Positions 25,838 through 38,439 of a stretch of DNA of 64,000 bases are shown piece after piece (positions within the stretch are counted from its first letter, which is position 1; the number at the start of each line of letters is the position of its first letter). The translations under genes were made by a program, and so were the position numbers. This stretch comes from Cycas panzhihuaensis (lineage: Eukaryota > Plantae > Cycadophyta). The stretch lies in the NCBI GenBank assembly GCA_023213395.1, contig CM041465.1, forward strand, positions 233,189,741 through 233,253,740. Direction: 5' to 3'. A model generated the notes under the pieces. That model saw nothing but the letters and a program-made list of their open reading frames with translations, was not told the origin of the DNA and did no database searches.

Positions 25838-28800
25838 TGTTAGGATATAATGTTTTATCTACAAAATAAAGGGGCTTAAGGGGAGTTACTATAGACACCT
25901 CATTAATGTAACCTAAGTCACATAGGTGGACACATGTCAGACAAGTGTCATTCGAGCATGGTTTGATTACAATTAGTTCATAGGAGGTTATAAACCCTAA
26001 ATGTATTTATTTTTAGAGCTCTCTCTCCAATATTTAATCAAGTACTTTCATTATAAGTAACTTTTGATATAGTATCAGAGCAGGTTAGCCTACCCGATTA
26101 AGAGAAAAGATAATATGTGGAAGAGGTGTTTTACCTAAGATAAGGAGTTCTTTGGTTCATTTTAGAATCAAACAAGTTAAGGAGGAAAGTTATTAGACAA
26201 AGTTGAAGAATAACCAAGGAGAAGAAGGGCCTAGCAGATGAAGTCTAGAATTATATGGATTGGTACAAAATCGTACAATTATATGGATCAAAATTTTTGA
26301 AGGTCTCAAAACAAGACAAAACTTGACTAAAAGCTAGACCTCAACCTCCCTGTCCTTTTTCTCTTCTACATTGAGTTCATCAAAGGCCGATTTGAAGGGG
26401 TTTTACCCAATTTTATAGGTACCCATGCCTAAAAAGAAAGGTATACAGTTTCTCAAAAAATTCTTAGATTTCTCTCCCTAAAATAGATCGAAATCCTCTA
26501 TATATGATAATTAAGTAGATTGGAATCAATCTTTAAGATCGATCTGGAGTATTTTATCAAATACGAGTAGTTTTTCAAAAAACACTTAATCACCCTTCTT
26601 TTCCTTTTAAGTCAGATATCTCTTAGTTTAGGGACTACTTTGAGAAAATAGTTACAGAATTGTGGTCTACTCATCAATACCTTTTATTTGAGGTATTATT
26701 GATCTCATTTATATAACTTGGGTACTATACAAAATTTTGTATAGTTATACAAACTAAGGTTTTCACTCATTTTTTTTGTTGAATATGGCCTCCTCTATTC
26801 TTGCCCTTTTCAATGTTGATAAACTCACTGACAATAATTATCATGTCTGGAAAATAAAGAAAGAAACTCTCTTAATAGCTAAGAATGCCTGGAGAATTGC
26901 TACAGGGTAAGAAGCCAAGCCTAGAGTGGTTGGGCCATACCTGACAAACTGGGAAGAAAGAGATAGTGTAGGAATCATAATTTTAAAACTATCAATTTCT
27001 GACCCACTCCTTACATATGTAGAGAATTTGACCACTACATCTGACATCTGGAAATGTTTTAAAAATCTATATGGATAGAAGAATAAAGCTAGGATAGTGG
27101 CTTTAAAGGAAGAACTATTTAGACTTCACATGAAGGAGTCTAAAGCAGTTACTAAATTTATTCAAAAGGTTATTTCCTTAAGAAATTATCTCTCTAGTGT
27201 TAGTGCCACAATAACATATCAAGAATTTGTAGAAATGGTGGCTAATAAATCACCTAAATCCTTTGATGTAATAATAAATACCATCACCAACAATGATCAA
27301 TTAGCAATAATGGCATTAGATACCCTGACAAGGTTGCTGTTGAGACAAGAGCAAAGAAATAAAAAATATGAAGACTCAAGATAACTTGAAGATGTATTCA
27401 TGTCTAGATTAAACCTGAGACTCAGGGGCCAAAGTAGAGGAAAAGGAAGAATTCTAAAACCTCAAACTTCATCATGAGGTATATGGCAAGATGCAAGGGG
27501 CTAAGGATGTAGTACAACTCCAAGAATATATTACAATTATGGTAGGACTAGTCATTTTGCAAGTTCATATAGGGTCTTTGACTTGTGTTATCATTATGGT
27601 CAACCATGACAATTTTCATACTAATGTCCACTTAGGGGAGTAGACATCCAGAGAGGGAAACATCAAGTAGGAAACTTCAACAAAGAGCATATGGATAGAG
27701 AAGAAGAAGAGGAAACTACCTTCATTATCATGCTTGTAGCAAGTCTTTAGGATAAAGACATGTGGTACATTGACTCAGGGGCATCATAACATATGACTAG
27801 TATAGAAGAATGGCTTGAAACCCTAAAACCATACTCACTAGACAAATCAATAGAGTTAGGGGATAAATCCCCCCTTAATATAAAAGAGTGGGAACCATAG
27901 TAGTAAAATTACAAGACAATGTCAAAAATAATATAAATGTACTCCTAGTTCCAGATCTAAAAATAAGCCTTTTATTTGTTTCTCGACTTAAGAAAAAGAG
28001 GTTAAGGACTATCTTTGATGAAGAAGGATTTTGTTATATCCTTTAGATAAAAAGCAATAGCTATGTAATTGCTAAAGAAGTTAAAAGTAATGATCTTTAT
28101 AGGATACTTTCATACCATGTTCTACCTGATGTGAAATCATGTACTGTTGTAAGTCATAATAACAAAATTTGGCATTTGAAATATGGACACCTTCACATAG
28201 ATATATTAAAAACTATGAAAAAGGAAGGATTGGTTAGTGGGCTACCATCAATCATATATGATAATTTTATATGTAAAAGCTGCTAACAAGGAAAACAACA
28301 CAGGTTGCCATTTAAAGAGAGCAAGTGGTGAGCCTAGAATAAATTAGAATTAGTTCACACAAATATATATGGACCCTTCACTCCACATTCCATTAATGAA
28401 TGTAAATACTTTCTCACATTCATAGATAACTTGACTAAAAAGATTTGGGTCCATTTTCTACACAATAAATCAAAAGTATATGATATATTCAAGGAATTCA
28501 AAGCTGAAGTAGGACTAAATGCTAAAGAAAAAAATAAATTTATAAGATCTGATGGGGGAGGTGAGTATATCTCTAAAGAATTTTTAGAATATGGCAAAGC
28601 TAATAGAATATGAAGGTAGGTCATAACATCATACACACCTCAATCCAATGGGGTTATAGAAAGAAAGAACAGAGCCATTATGGAAATGACTTAGAGTATG
28701 GTACATGGAAAAGGGGTTCCCAAATCATATTAGGTTGAAGTAGTAAAGATTACTTGTTATCTACTAAATAGGAGCCTAATTAGGGCAGTAGACCTTCTCA

Positions 28801-31098
28801 CACTAGAAGAAGCATGGACAGGAAGAAAGTCAGATGTAAGTCATCTAAAAGGGTTTGGTTGTCAATCTTTTTTTCACATACTAGATAAAAAAAGAACAAA
28901 GCTTAACTCAAAAAGATTAGAATGCATTATGATTAGCTATAGCAAGAGTTCAAAAGCTTATAAATGCATAGATCCAAAAACAAATAAGATCTATTTAAGT
29001 TGAGATGTCATCTTTAATGAAGAAGAAGAAGATACAAATCAAATTAGAATAATAAAAAACTCACCTCATGTTGCTCATGAAGATACTCCTACAGAAGAAG
29101 AATCTATCATAACTTTAGAAGATATTTTAGAAGAGTCTATCTCACCCCAAGCTTCTCATAAAGATTCCACTTTAAAAGAAGAAGAAGAATCTCCTGAAAA
29201 GTCAAAGATTAATGAGGCTAAAAAAGGAAAAAGAGTACCCAAGTGATACCTCAAAAAAATTGAGGAAGGGAAAGGAGATATACTTCTTTATAGAATAAGG
29301 AGTGAAAAGCACTGAGCCTTGTACAACCACATAGAACCATAATTGTATGCAAAAGTAAAGGAGCACATTGAATAGAGAAGCATTATGGATGGCGAACTAG
29401 ACTTTGTCATTAGAAATCAAACTTGGTAATTAGTAGTACTACCACCTAATAAGCTAGTGGTAAAATATAAATGGATCTACAAAATAAAAGAAGAAGCAAA
29501 TGAGAAGGTAGAAAAATATAAGGCCAGATTAGTTACAAAGGGCTACACCCAAATAATAGGAGTGGATTATGATGAAACTTTTCCACCTATAGCTAAACTA
29601 GATACTATAAGAATAGTGATAACTTTAGCATCATAAAAAAACTAGAAGATATACCAATTAGATGTGAAAAGTTCCTTTCTGAATAATGAAATAGAAAAAA
29701 AAGTCCACATGTCACATCTTGATGGTTACATCAAACAAGGATAGGAATACTTAGTCTGTAAATTGATAAAGACCTTGTATGGATTAAAACAAGATCCTCG
29801 TGCATGGTATGTTAAGTTAGATAATTATCTTTACCAAAATGTCTTCCACAAGTGTAGTTCAAACTCAAGTTTGTATGTAAAGAATAAAAATGACATAATC
29901 ATTATAGTAGTGGTATATGTTGATGATATGATTCTCATTGGTGATGATGAAGAATCAATATTTGACATAAAAAATCAATTGGAGAGTAAATTTGAAATGA
30001 TTGATCTAGGCTTCCTCAACTATTACTTGGGAATCCAAGTTGATCAAAAGGGTAATTTAGTTACCTTCTGTCAAAGCAAGTACATTAAAGACTTGCTAAT
30101 AAATTTCCAAATGAAAGAATGTAATCTATGCTCCACCCCTATGGAAGTAAACCATAATCTAGTCCTAGATGAGAAAGAACCATATGTTAATGCAACTTTG
30201 TACAGGTAACTCATTAGCAGTCTAATCTATCTCATAATAATTAGACCTAACATCTCATATTCTGTAGGTATGATATCAAGGTATATGTATGAACCTAGAA
30301 CAAAACATTAGAAAGTTGTAAAGAGGATATTGAGATATTTAAAAGGAACAATAGAATTGAAGTTGATATTTCTAAAGGAAAAATCTCTTTAATTGATAGG
30401 ATTCTATGATTCAGATTGGGCATGAGATAAAGAACAAAGGAAATCAACCAATGGGCATTGGTTTTTCTTGGGCACATCACCAATCTCTTGGAGTAGCAAA
30501 AAATAAGCTACAGTTGTTTTATTATCCTTAGAAGTAGAGTATAAGTTAACAGTTAGTACAACCATTGAAGCAATATAGCTAAGGGAGCTCCTAATAGATT
30601 AAAATCTGCACCAAAAGGACCAACAATACTCTACTCCAACAATCAAAGCACAATCAAGCTAACTAGAAATCTAATACTTCATAGTAGAACTAAGCACATT
30701 GGAGTACATAATTATTTTATTTAAGAAAAGGTTCAAAACAAGGAGATTAATCTTATCTACTACCTAACAAGAGATCAAGTGGCTGATATATTAACAAAGT
30801 CTCTAGGAAAAGATAGATTTCAAATTTTTAGAGATAAGATAGGATAAAGGGATAAAACATTAAGAGAGGGTGTTAGGATACAATGTTTTATCTATGCAAT
30901 AAAAGGGTTCAAGGGAGTTACTATAAACACCTCATTAATATAACTTAAGTCACATAGGTGGACACATGTCAAATAAGTGTCACTTTGGTATGTTTTGATT
31001 ACAATTAATTCATATGAGGTTATAAACCCTAATTTTTAGAGCTCTCTCTCTAATATTCAATTGAGTACTTTCATTTGCCATCTGAGTAACTTTTAACA
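25838..31098 (+). mobile_element. full-length decayed Ty1/copia LTR retrotransposon
   Basis: LTRs 25838-26069 and 30871-31098. Perfect TSD tgggt. PBS tagtatcagagc at 26070. PPT taagagaggg before 30871. Confidence 0.97.
26785..30863 (+). pseudogene. copia gag-pol polyprotein
   Basis: Gag KLTDNNYHVWK; protease WYIDSGAS; integrase IRSDGGGEY; RT KARLVTKGY, LYGLKQDPRAWY, YVDDM; RNase H ADILTK. Many stops. Confidence 0.95.
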
Positions 31099-31223
31099 TG
31101 GGTAACATTTCTTTTTATATAGTTTCCACATAACACTTTTTACTTTATGTACCTATATGTATCTTTTAATATTCATCTTTATTAGTAATTAATAGTAGAT
31201 AATTTATACTTTATATTTTATTA

Positions 31224-31229
31224 ATATTA

Positions 31230-31262
<33 letters not shown>

Positions 31263-31300
31263 CATCATCATCATCATCATCATTATCATCATCATCATCA

Positions 31301-31334
<34 letters not shown>
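31224..31334. repeat. compound microsatellite (ATT)n(ATC)n(ATT)n
   Basis: Directly visible. Confidence 0.95.
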
Positions 31335-31335
<1 letters not shown>

Positions 31336-33630
31336 TATCTTTATTAAAAATGTTTGATTTATTAAATAGAAAAATTTACATACATGGTGTAATAAAAAAA
31401 TTATAGAAAGAATGCATCTCTCAATGTATTCAAAATTATAAAAAAACTAGTATAAATCTCAAATTAATCTCATAATATATTTAAAATTGATTGTGTAGAT
31501 ATAGTTAGCATATACCCATTGCATAAGATAGGAATATAAAGGGTTGATCATGCAAGGTGACATATGGAGTTCACAACATTAAGTTATGACTAATCCCAAA
31601 CTATGATAACATGACTCTTAACTTCAAACATTAATATATATCTCATAAAATTAAATATTATCTTCTAATATCCCCCTATAATATTTAAAATTTATAATAA
31701 CAAAATATATCAAATATAATTCATGTAGACCATCAATCTGCTTCATGAGAAAATAACATTGACATCCATATAAAGATATCACCATCTGTTAGATCACATA
31801 GGTGACTAAGTATCATCTCCATTGATTACCTTGATAATGCCTTCACATATATGGTTCATCAGCATAAAGTAGATCTTTATCTAACATGTATCCTAGGAGC
31901 AAGCTAAACTACCTAACTAGATAAATACCATAAAGCTAGACATTCTGTCAAACATCTGTACTACTACATATCAGGAAAAATATAAGCGATGGTGCATTCA
32001 TTAGGTAGAACACCAACTATAAATAAGATATCAACATATGAAGGAAGTGATATTTATGTCATCTTCCATAAGAAGAAAAAAAAGTACCAATACTAATGAT
32101 GATGAGGAGGGCAAATTAATTGTGCCTTCAAACTTAATAAATACCATTACAATAAGAAGGGAAAATTTGTTATGCCTCTAAACTTAATGAACATTATGAT
32201 AAAAGGAAATAAAGAGGGAAATTTTATTGTGTCTCTAAACTTAAAAACATTACATTTACATCAAGCATAAGATAAAATAAAATGCAATATAGGAAACATG
32301 TTTGAATCATTTAAACATAGTTGTAATATTAGTAATAATTGTAGTTTATTGTATAAATACTAGAGGAAATGCAAGATCCTAATATAATTGTCTAAAAAAC
32401 ATGCAAATGTAAAATGTTACCTTAAAAACTACTCCTTAATAGGCAGTCAATGATACCGCCCAAGTGATGTAAATGGTAATAATTGTAACATCTAAAGAAC
32501 ATGCAAGATCCTTTACTAATACTTTTTATAAACCTAGAATCACACTTAGTGTTATGTGGCTAAAATAGTAGATAAGAGGCACTTTAATAGGTATCTCAGG
32601 CATCTCATTACCCATAAAAACTTAAGAATTTTTTTGTTGAACTTTAATAGTATATTTATTAATGATGAATTCTAATTATACCTCAACTACTTTATGTCAT
32701 AATTTTACTTTTAAATAAATTCAAAGGGGCATAATTATCTAAAACTCAACCTTAATAATACCAAGAGCTCCTCCAATCACAAATGCTAAAAAAAATGATG
32801 GAAGAAGTTACTTTTCAATACTAGAGAAGCAAGTTGATTGGTTTATTAATGCCAATACTGCTAGAAATGTAATTTGTACTATCTCCCAACCTAGGTTATT
32901 TGTCTTTAGATCATTCCTATCATTCTAAAAGAAAATTTAAAATTGGTTTAATCTCTTTTTATTTTGTGATGGTTTTAGAGTCACTTCCTTTGAATTCACT
33001 TGGAAATGCATTCTTCTTTCTATTTAGCAAAATCCAATGTATTAGTAAGATGAGAAGTAGTCATCCATTTAGAAACTCTTTCTTGACATGCATGTACTAT
33101 AATAAAATATCTATCTCACTCAATTCCATTGACCATTTTGGTCATCTATGGAAAGTAACTATAAATCATAATAAATTTGTATTCATGAAAAAAAAGGTAT
33201 GATCTAAGCTTAGGTTTTCTTAAAGAGATCTATTGAAGTAATACCAAAAAAAAAAGTCCCTATAAAGCTTATGGATCCCTATTCACTGTTAATTATGTCG
33301 ATGCTACTTAGTATTTATAGGACCAGTCATAAAGCTACTCACTCCAAATTCACTACTACCCTTATGAGTAGGGTCAAGATAAATAACATTTGAAATAAAT
33401 AAGAATCTGTCATGAAGCTATAAAGGTTGAGATGCATTTGAAGGCACAAACTGAGGCAATATCCTATTAGTAGGGTGACCTAGCTTACTAGAAGATTTCT
33501 AGAGAATTCTAACATCCTTGTAAATGGGCCCTCTTTTAGAATCACGAGCTCAAAAATGAAAGCATCAAAGATTAAGGCAATTTTTAATAAGATGTGCCAA
33601 AAGACATCAATTAAATAAAATGGGTAGTTT

Positions 33631-34042
33631 TTAGCTACTAGTAAACTTGGTGATAGCCTTGGTACCCTCAGAGATGGCATGTTTAGCAAGCTCCCCTGAA
33701 AGCACAAGCCTGATGGTAGTCTAGATCTCACACAGTAATGGTGGGCTTCTTGTTATGACTAGCAAGCCTCAATGCCTCGTTTGTCAATTTCTCAAAAATG
33801 TCATTAATAAAGGTATTCATGAACCCTATGGCCTTGTTGGAGAGGTCATTGTTGGGATGAACTTATTTCAACCCTTTGAATATGTATATCTTATATGTCT
33901 CTATTAACTTCTTATGGCCCTTCTTCCTCCCTACCTTCCTTGGAAGAGATTTATTCTCTACCTATATCGTAATATTTAAGCAAAGGTACATGCAGAATTC
34001 ATACTTCTATAGAGGCAAGTCTGTCACTAATTTTAATGCCAA
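33631..34042 (-). pseudogene. H2B: histone H2B pseudogene inside an LTR element
   Basis: Minus strand reads [94 protein letters not shown], colinear with canonical plant H2B. Two Q-to-stop changes and one 2-nt deletion in the core. Putative decayed start TTG-GCA-TTA-AAA at 34042 is in frame. Confidence 0.95.
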
Positions 34043-35027
34043 ATTCTTTTACATAATGATCTAGGTGATATACATTGTGATACATGGTTTATAAAATGAC
34101 CATCTCTTTCTCTTTAGGCTACTATCATGTAACTTTCAATAGGGCAATAATTTACTGCTCATTCAATCATTTTGAATATCTCTAGCCCTTAATTATTTTT
34201 CAAACCTTCATTGGTAAATAGTTTGGCATCTACATATTACCTACTTGAAGACAATGCAAGATAATATATTGTATTATAAACACATATGTCCCTAGAAAAT
34301 ACTCCACTATAGATTTCATAGTTCCCTTATCATCCACTAGGAATGTTAGCTCATGCATAAGTTGTGATGTTAATTTAGAAATGTAGTACTTCCTGTGTAT
34401 GTTTTTCTTATCTATCACCTCAATTATAAAACTCCTTAGGGCTTTTTAATCTTGACATGATCATCATTAACATAAGATAATGACATTAAAAAACATGTCC
34501 TTATTTGAGATTTCTACAACAAAATCGATCACAAGTAAGGGATTAATGAAAGTTGTTAAAGACATACCAATATTAAGGGACAAATCCATCTAGCCTAGCT
34601 TAATACTCTGGTAAAATCTACACCAATTCTCTAAACCCTCCCTGGGTTACCAATCTAGGTTTGAGAGGTACCATACTAAGAGGGAGGACAACAACCTCTC
34701 GAAACTTGCTTTGATACCAAGTTGTTAAAAATATACATACTCAAAATAAGAGAGCAAAAATTAACAATAACAAATCTAGTATAAATCTCAAATTGATCTC
34801 ATAATATATTCAAAATTAAGTGTGTACATATAGTAATAGTATATATTCATTACATAAGATAAGAATGTGAAGGGCTAGTCATGCAAGATATACATAGCAC
34901 TTTATATGATCAACATACAAAAACATTACAAAAAGTAGGTGCATAATAGACCCCACATATATAGAGTTCACAACATTAAGTTCTGACTAATCCCATACTA
35001 TGGCAATAGGACCCTTAACTTCAAACA

Positions 35028-37789
35028 TTTAGTATTCCAAAATATAGTCAAGGGTATAGCATATGACCATTCAAATCTAAGGTCTCTAAACGATGATTCA
35101 AATGTTTTAGATGAAAGTTGATTCTAATATCTTTATCAAAAGTTATGACCATTTAAAGTTAGCTTGCTAGTTTTTGAGAAGTTTTGGCCTACTTCTATTT
35201 AAGTAGTATTAAGGATAATATCACCAAGTCTAGGCGACTTCTAATTGAAGTATTTTGATCACTATATATAAGAAGTTTGAGTTGTATCTCAAACCATCAT
35301 TCAAAGGTTCTTTTGGTTGCACATTTTCAGTTCTAGGGATGTAATTATCTCACCCATTTTAGGGTTGTAGTTTGGAGGGTTCCTTGCCTCGAATAGGGAA
35401 GGTCACTTTTTCAAGAAAGACTAGTATTTTATTGTAATTTTATTCTATTTTGGTATTATTTGATAATACAGATTATTATTTACTTTGGTGGATTTTGTAA
35501 TTCTTGTTCCTTGTTCATTTTCTTGTTGAATAGCATCTAGTTATTATTTTTGTGCATTATTACATGTATTTTTGAGGAAAATTGCTATAAAAGCAAAACT
35601 AGATTGCTACAAGTGGTATCAGAGCTTCGTTTCAAAGGGAAAAAGCAGAGATAAAAGTTTAAAAAGGTCAATTCAGTATTAAAACATGTTATGAGGTGAT
35701 TCGTGCTAGTTTTCTTTGACGATACCTTGATTTATAACAAAACATAGGAAAAACACTTGGAACAAATAAAGCCTAAGGGAAAAAAAATAGAGATGGATTT
35801 TTTTAATTTGGAGGATTATAAGGGTATAAAAAATGGAAAAAAGATTTTGAGTTCATGTTTGATAGAGAATTTGAAGAGTATGGACCAATATTAGAAATGA
35901 TGTTGAACGGACAAGCTTATGAGTGGTTCATTAATTAGGTTGAAGAACCTTTCCCATGGTACTAGTTTTTAGAGGTGACTACCACAGCTTTTAAGAAACA
36001 TAAGTAGGGTGAGATTTAAGCAGATGAGGAAGGGCAAGAAGAAGACATTAGTAATGAGGAGATCTTAGAGGTTTTGGAAGAGCTAAAATGAGATCTAGTG
36101 CAGAGAAAATAATATGACAACATAGAAGACCCAAAGCAGGTATAAGCAATAGAAGAATCTCATTTTAATATCAGAGAGGAAATCCAAAGTGAATTTACAC
36201 AAGAACAGCATCAAGATAATGAGGAATAAGTAGATTTTTCTTAATAAATTTCATGTAAGGTACCTATTGATCCTATATTATACATGCACATTTTGCTTGG
36301 TATTTTTATATGTCCTCTCTCTTTCCCTAGTTCAATAGTAATACAAAATCCCTTTTCTCCTCTACCCATAGTTAACCATACTCGTAATTCCCCTACCTTC
36401 AGTCTTTTAATAGGTTAAATTTTAATCTCCCTCAATAACCCTAGCTCATCTCTGTACTCACATACTCCTTCACCCCCTATAGACCTTTTTCAATAGGATA
36501 TGCTACAACTTTAATTTATTCATCAGGTCTTATCTCTTAGTATTGGCCCTTACAAAACCCCATTCGACTTTTCCCAAACCTCCTCAACTATATATTATCA
36601 ATATCATTTTTTTCTGTTAAATCTTTCCTTTTATTTTAGTACCAATTCTAAAATCCTATTAAAGTTTTTTTTTCGATAAAGGACCTATATCACAAATTAC
36701 CCATCCATCTTTCTCTCCCAAAAAGTATTGTGGTTCAACAAAACTTATCCAAACTTTCATCTCCATCCAAGATATATTCTAAAATTTATCCCTTCTTTCT
36801 ATACCTTCTGAGCTATGCTTGATCTTGGTTCATTCTCCTTTTTTTTTTCTCCACAATAGGCAATCATGAATCCATGACCCTCATGACCAATTCTTTTCCT
36901 AAAGCCTTCATGTCCTTTTCTAAAATTCATCTCATTTAGAAACAAAAGGTGTAAATGCAAGGCAAGACCAGGACAAGTCAATTGAGATCCCTCATAGGTC
37001 TCAGGATCCTTTTGATTTAGAATAAAATATTACATGTACCTAGTCCTAAGAACAAACATTGGCAACTACAATATACCTACTATCAAAGATCCATAGAAGA
37101 CATAAGATCGAATCAAATCTTCATGATCTATAAGATCTAGTAGGCGTTGATTGGAAGATTAAACTGAGCTATAAACATTTCTCAATATTTTGAAGGTGAA
37201 GCATTATTTTAAGGGGAGGGGAATTGTAACATTCCAAAATATAGTTAAGGGTATATCATATGACCATTCAAATCAAAGGTCTCTAAATGATGATTACAAC
37301 GGTTCAGATGAAAGTTGATTCTGGCATCTCTATCAAAAGTTATGACCATTTAAATTTAGCTTGCTAATTTTGGAGAAGTTTTAGCTGACTTCTATTTAAG
37401 CAGTATTAAGGATAATATCACCCAGTCTGACTGATTTCTAGTTGAAGTATTTTGATCACTATATATAGGAAGTTTAAGCCACATACCAAACCATCATTTA
37501 GAGGTTCTTTTGGTTGTTCATTTTCAGTTCTAGGGTTGTAATTAGATCGCCCATTTAGGGGCTATAATTTGGATGGTTCCTCGCCTCGAAGAGGGAAGCT
37601 CACCTTTTTAGAAAAGACTGGTCTATTTTGGTATTATTTAATAATAAAGATTATTATTTACTTTAGTGGATTCTGTAATTCCTATTCCTTGTTCATTTTC
37701 TTGTTGAATAGCATCTAGTTATTATTTTTGTGGATTATTATATGTATTTTTGAGGAAAATTGCTATAAAAGTAGAACTAGATTGCTACA
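35028..37789 (+). mobile_element. non-autonomous chromovirus-type Ty3/gypsy derivative nested in an LTR
   Basis: LTRs 35028-35611 and 37225-37789. Perfect TSD aaaca. PBS tggtatcagagc at 35614. PPT aaggggaggggaat. Gag remnant (LNGQAYEWF) at ~35900 and a chromodomain-like tail before the PPT. No RT. Confidence 0.93.
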
Positions 37790-38439
37790 AAACATTAGCA
37801 TATATCTCATAAATTTAAACTTTATCTTCCATCACTCTATTGACTAGGAGAATAAACCCATAGTCCTAATCATCATCCTATTTATTAGGTGGGTCCTAAT
37901 TAACTTTTGCCCTTTGTAGGCGATGGGCTTAATCATAATCAACATAAGTACTTGCATGGTGTATTACTCAATTAGTTTCAAATTGGCTAAGTTGATCTAC
38001 ATACAAGATGCAAAATGTTATTGAGGTTGAAGATGGAAGGATTGAAATATGAACTCTTTAATGATCATATTAGAATATGGTTTTTACTATTATCCAAGGT
38101 TTTTGGTTGTCTTGATGACACCTAGCTTAAGATATTCTATGCTTTTTATAATTTCATATAGTTTAGAGGAGAATTATCTATTAGATTAGGTAGGAATAGT
38201 AAGCAATACTTTGGTCACATAATTAAAGGGATTATATTCAAGGACTTTGTTATATATGTCCTCATATATAATATTTTATATGCTCGATATAATTCAATTT
38301 GTTAAGCTCTATCTAAATCCTTCAACTAAATTTAATCTTGCTCAAATTTAATTTTATAAGGTATGGGAAACCAAAGCACCTTATTTTTATTATTTATTAA
38401 TGAATAATTTATTATGCCCCATTACTAGCATCCTTTTCC

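Larger units (their letters stand above)
16180..31210 (+). mobile_element. TRIM-like host LTR element (internal ~170 bp) split by nested insertions
   Basis: 16180-16356 is homologous to 25790-25837 plus 31104-31228 once the Copia is removed. Decayed PBS split at 16357/25147. PPT actaaaggggga at ~25312-25323. Left boundary truncated and approximate. Confidence 0.6.
31342..37834 (-). mobile_element. non-autonomous (Copia-derived) LTR element carrying host cargo
   Basis: 3' LTR ~31342-31670, followed on + by the PPT complement tccccct. 5' LTR 34723-35027 plus 37790-37834. PBS complement gctttgatacca at ~34708-34719. Copia RT-like remnant KPRLVTQG..IGVDF at ~34605-34660. Confidence 0.85.

Noticed and set aside
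31930-31975. PPR-like VVQMFDRMS on the minus strand
   Set aside because: Too short, with no further repeat.
33480-33731. 83 aa ORF MRSRLPSG... as a gene
   Set aside because: It is an off-frame reading of the H2B C-terminus.
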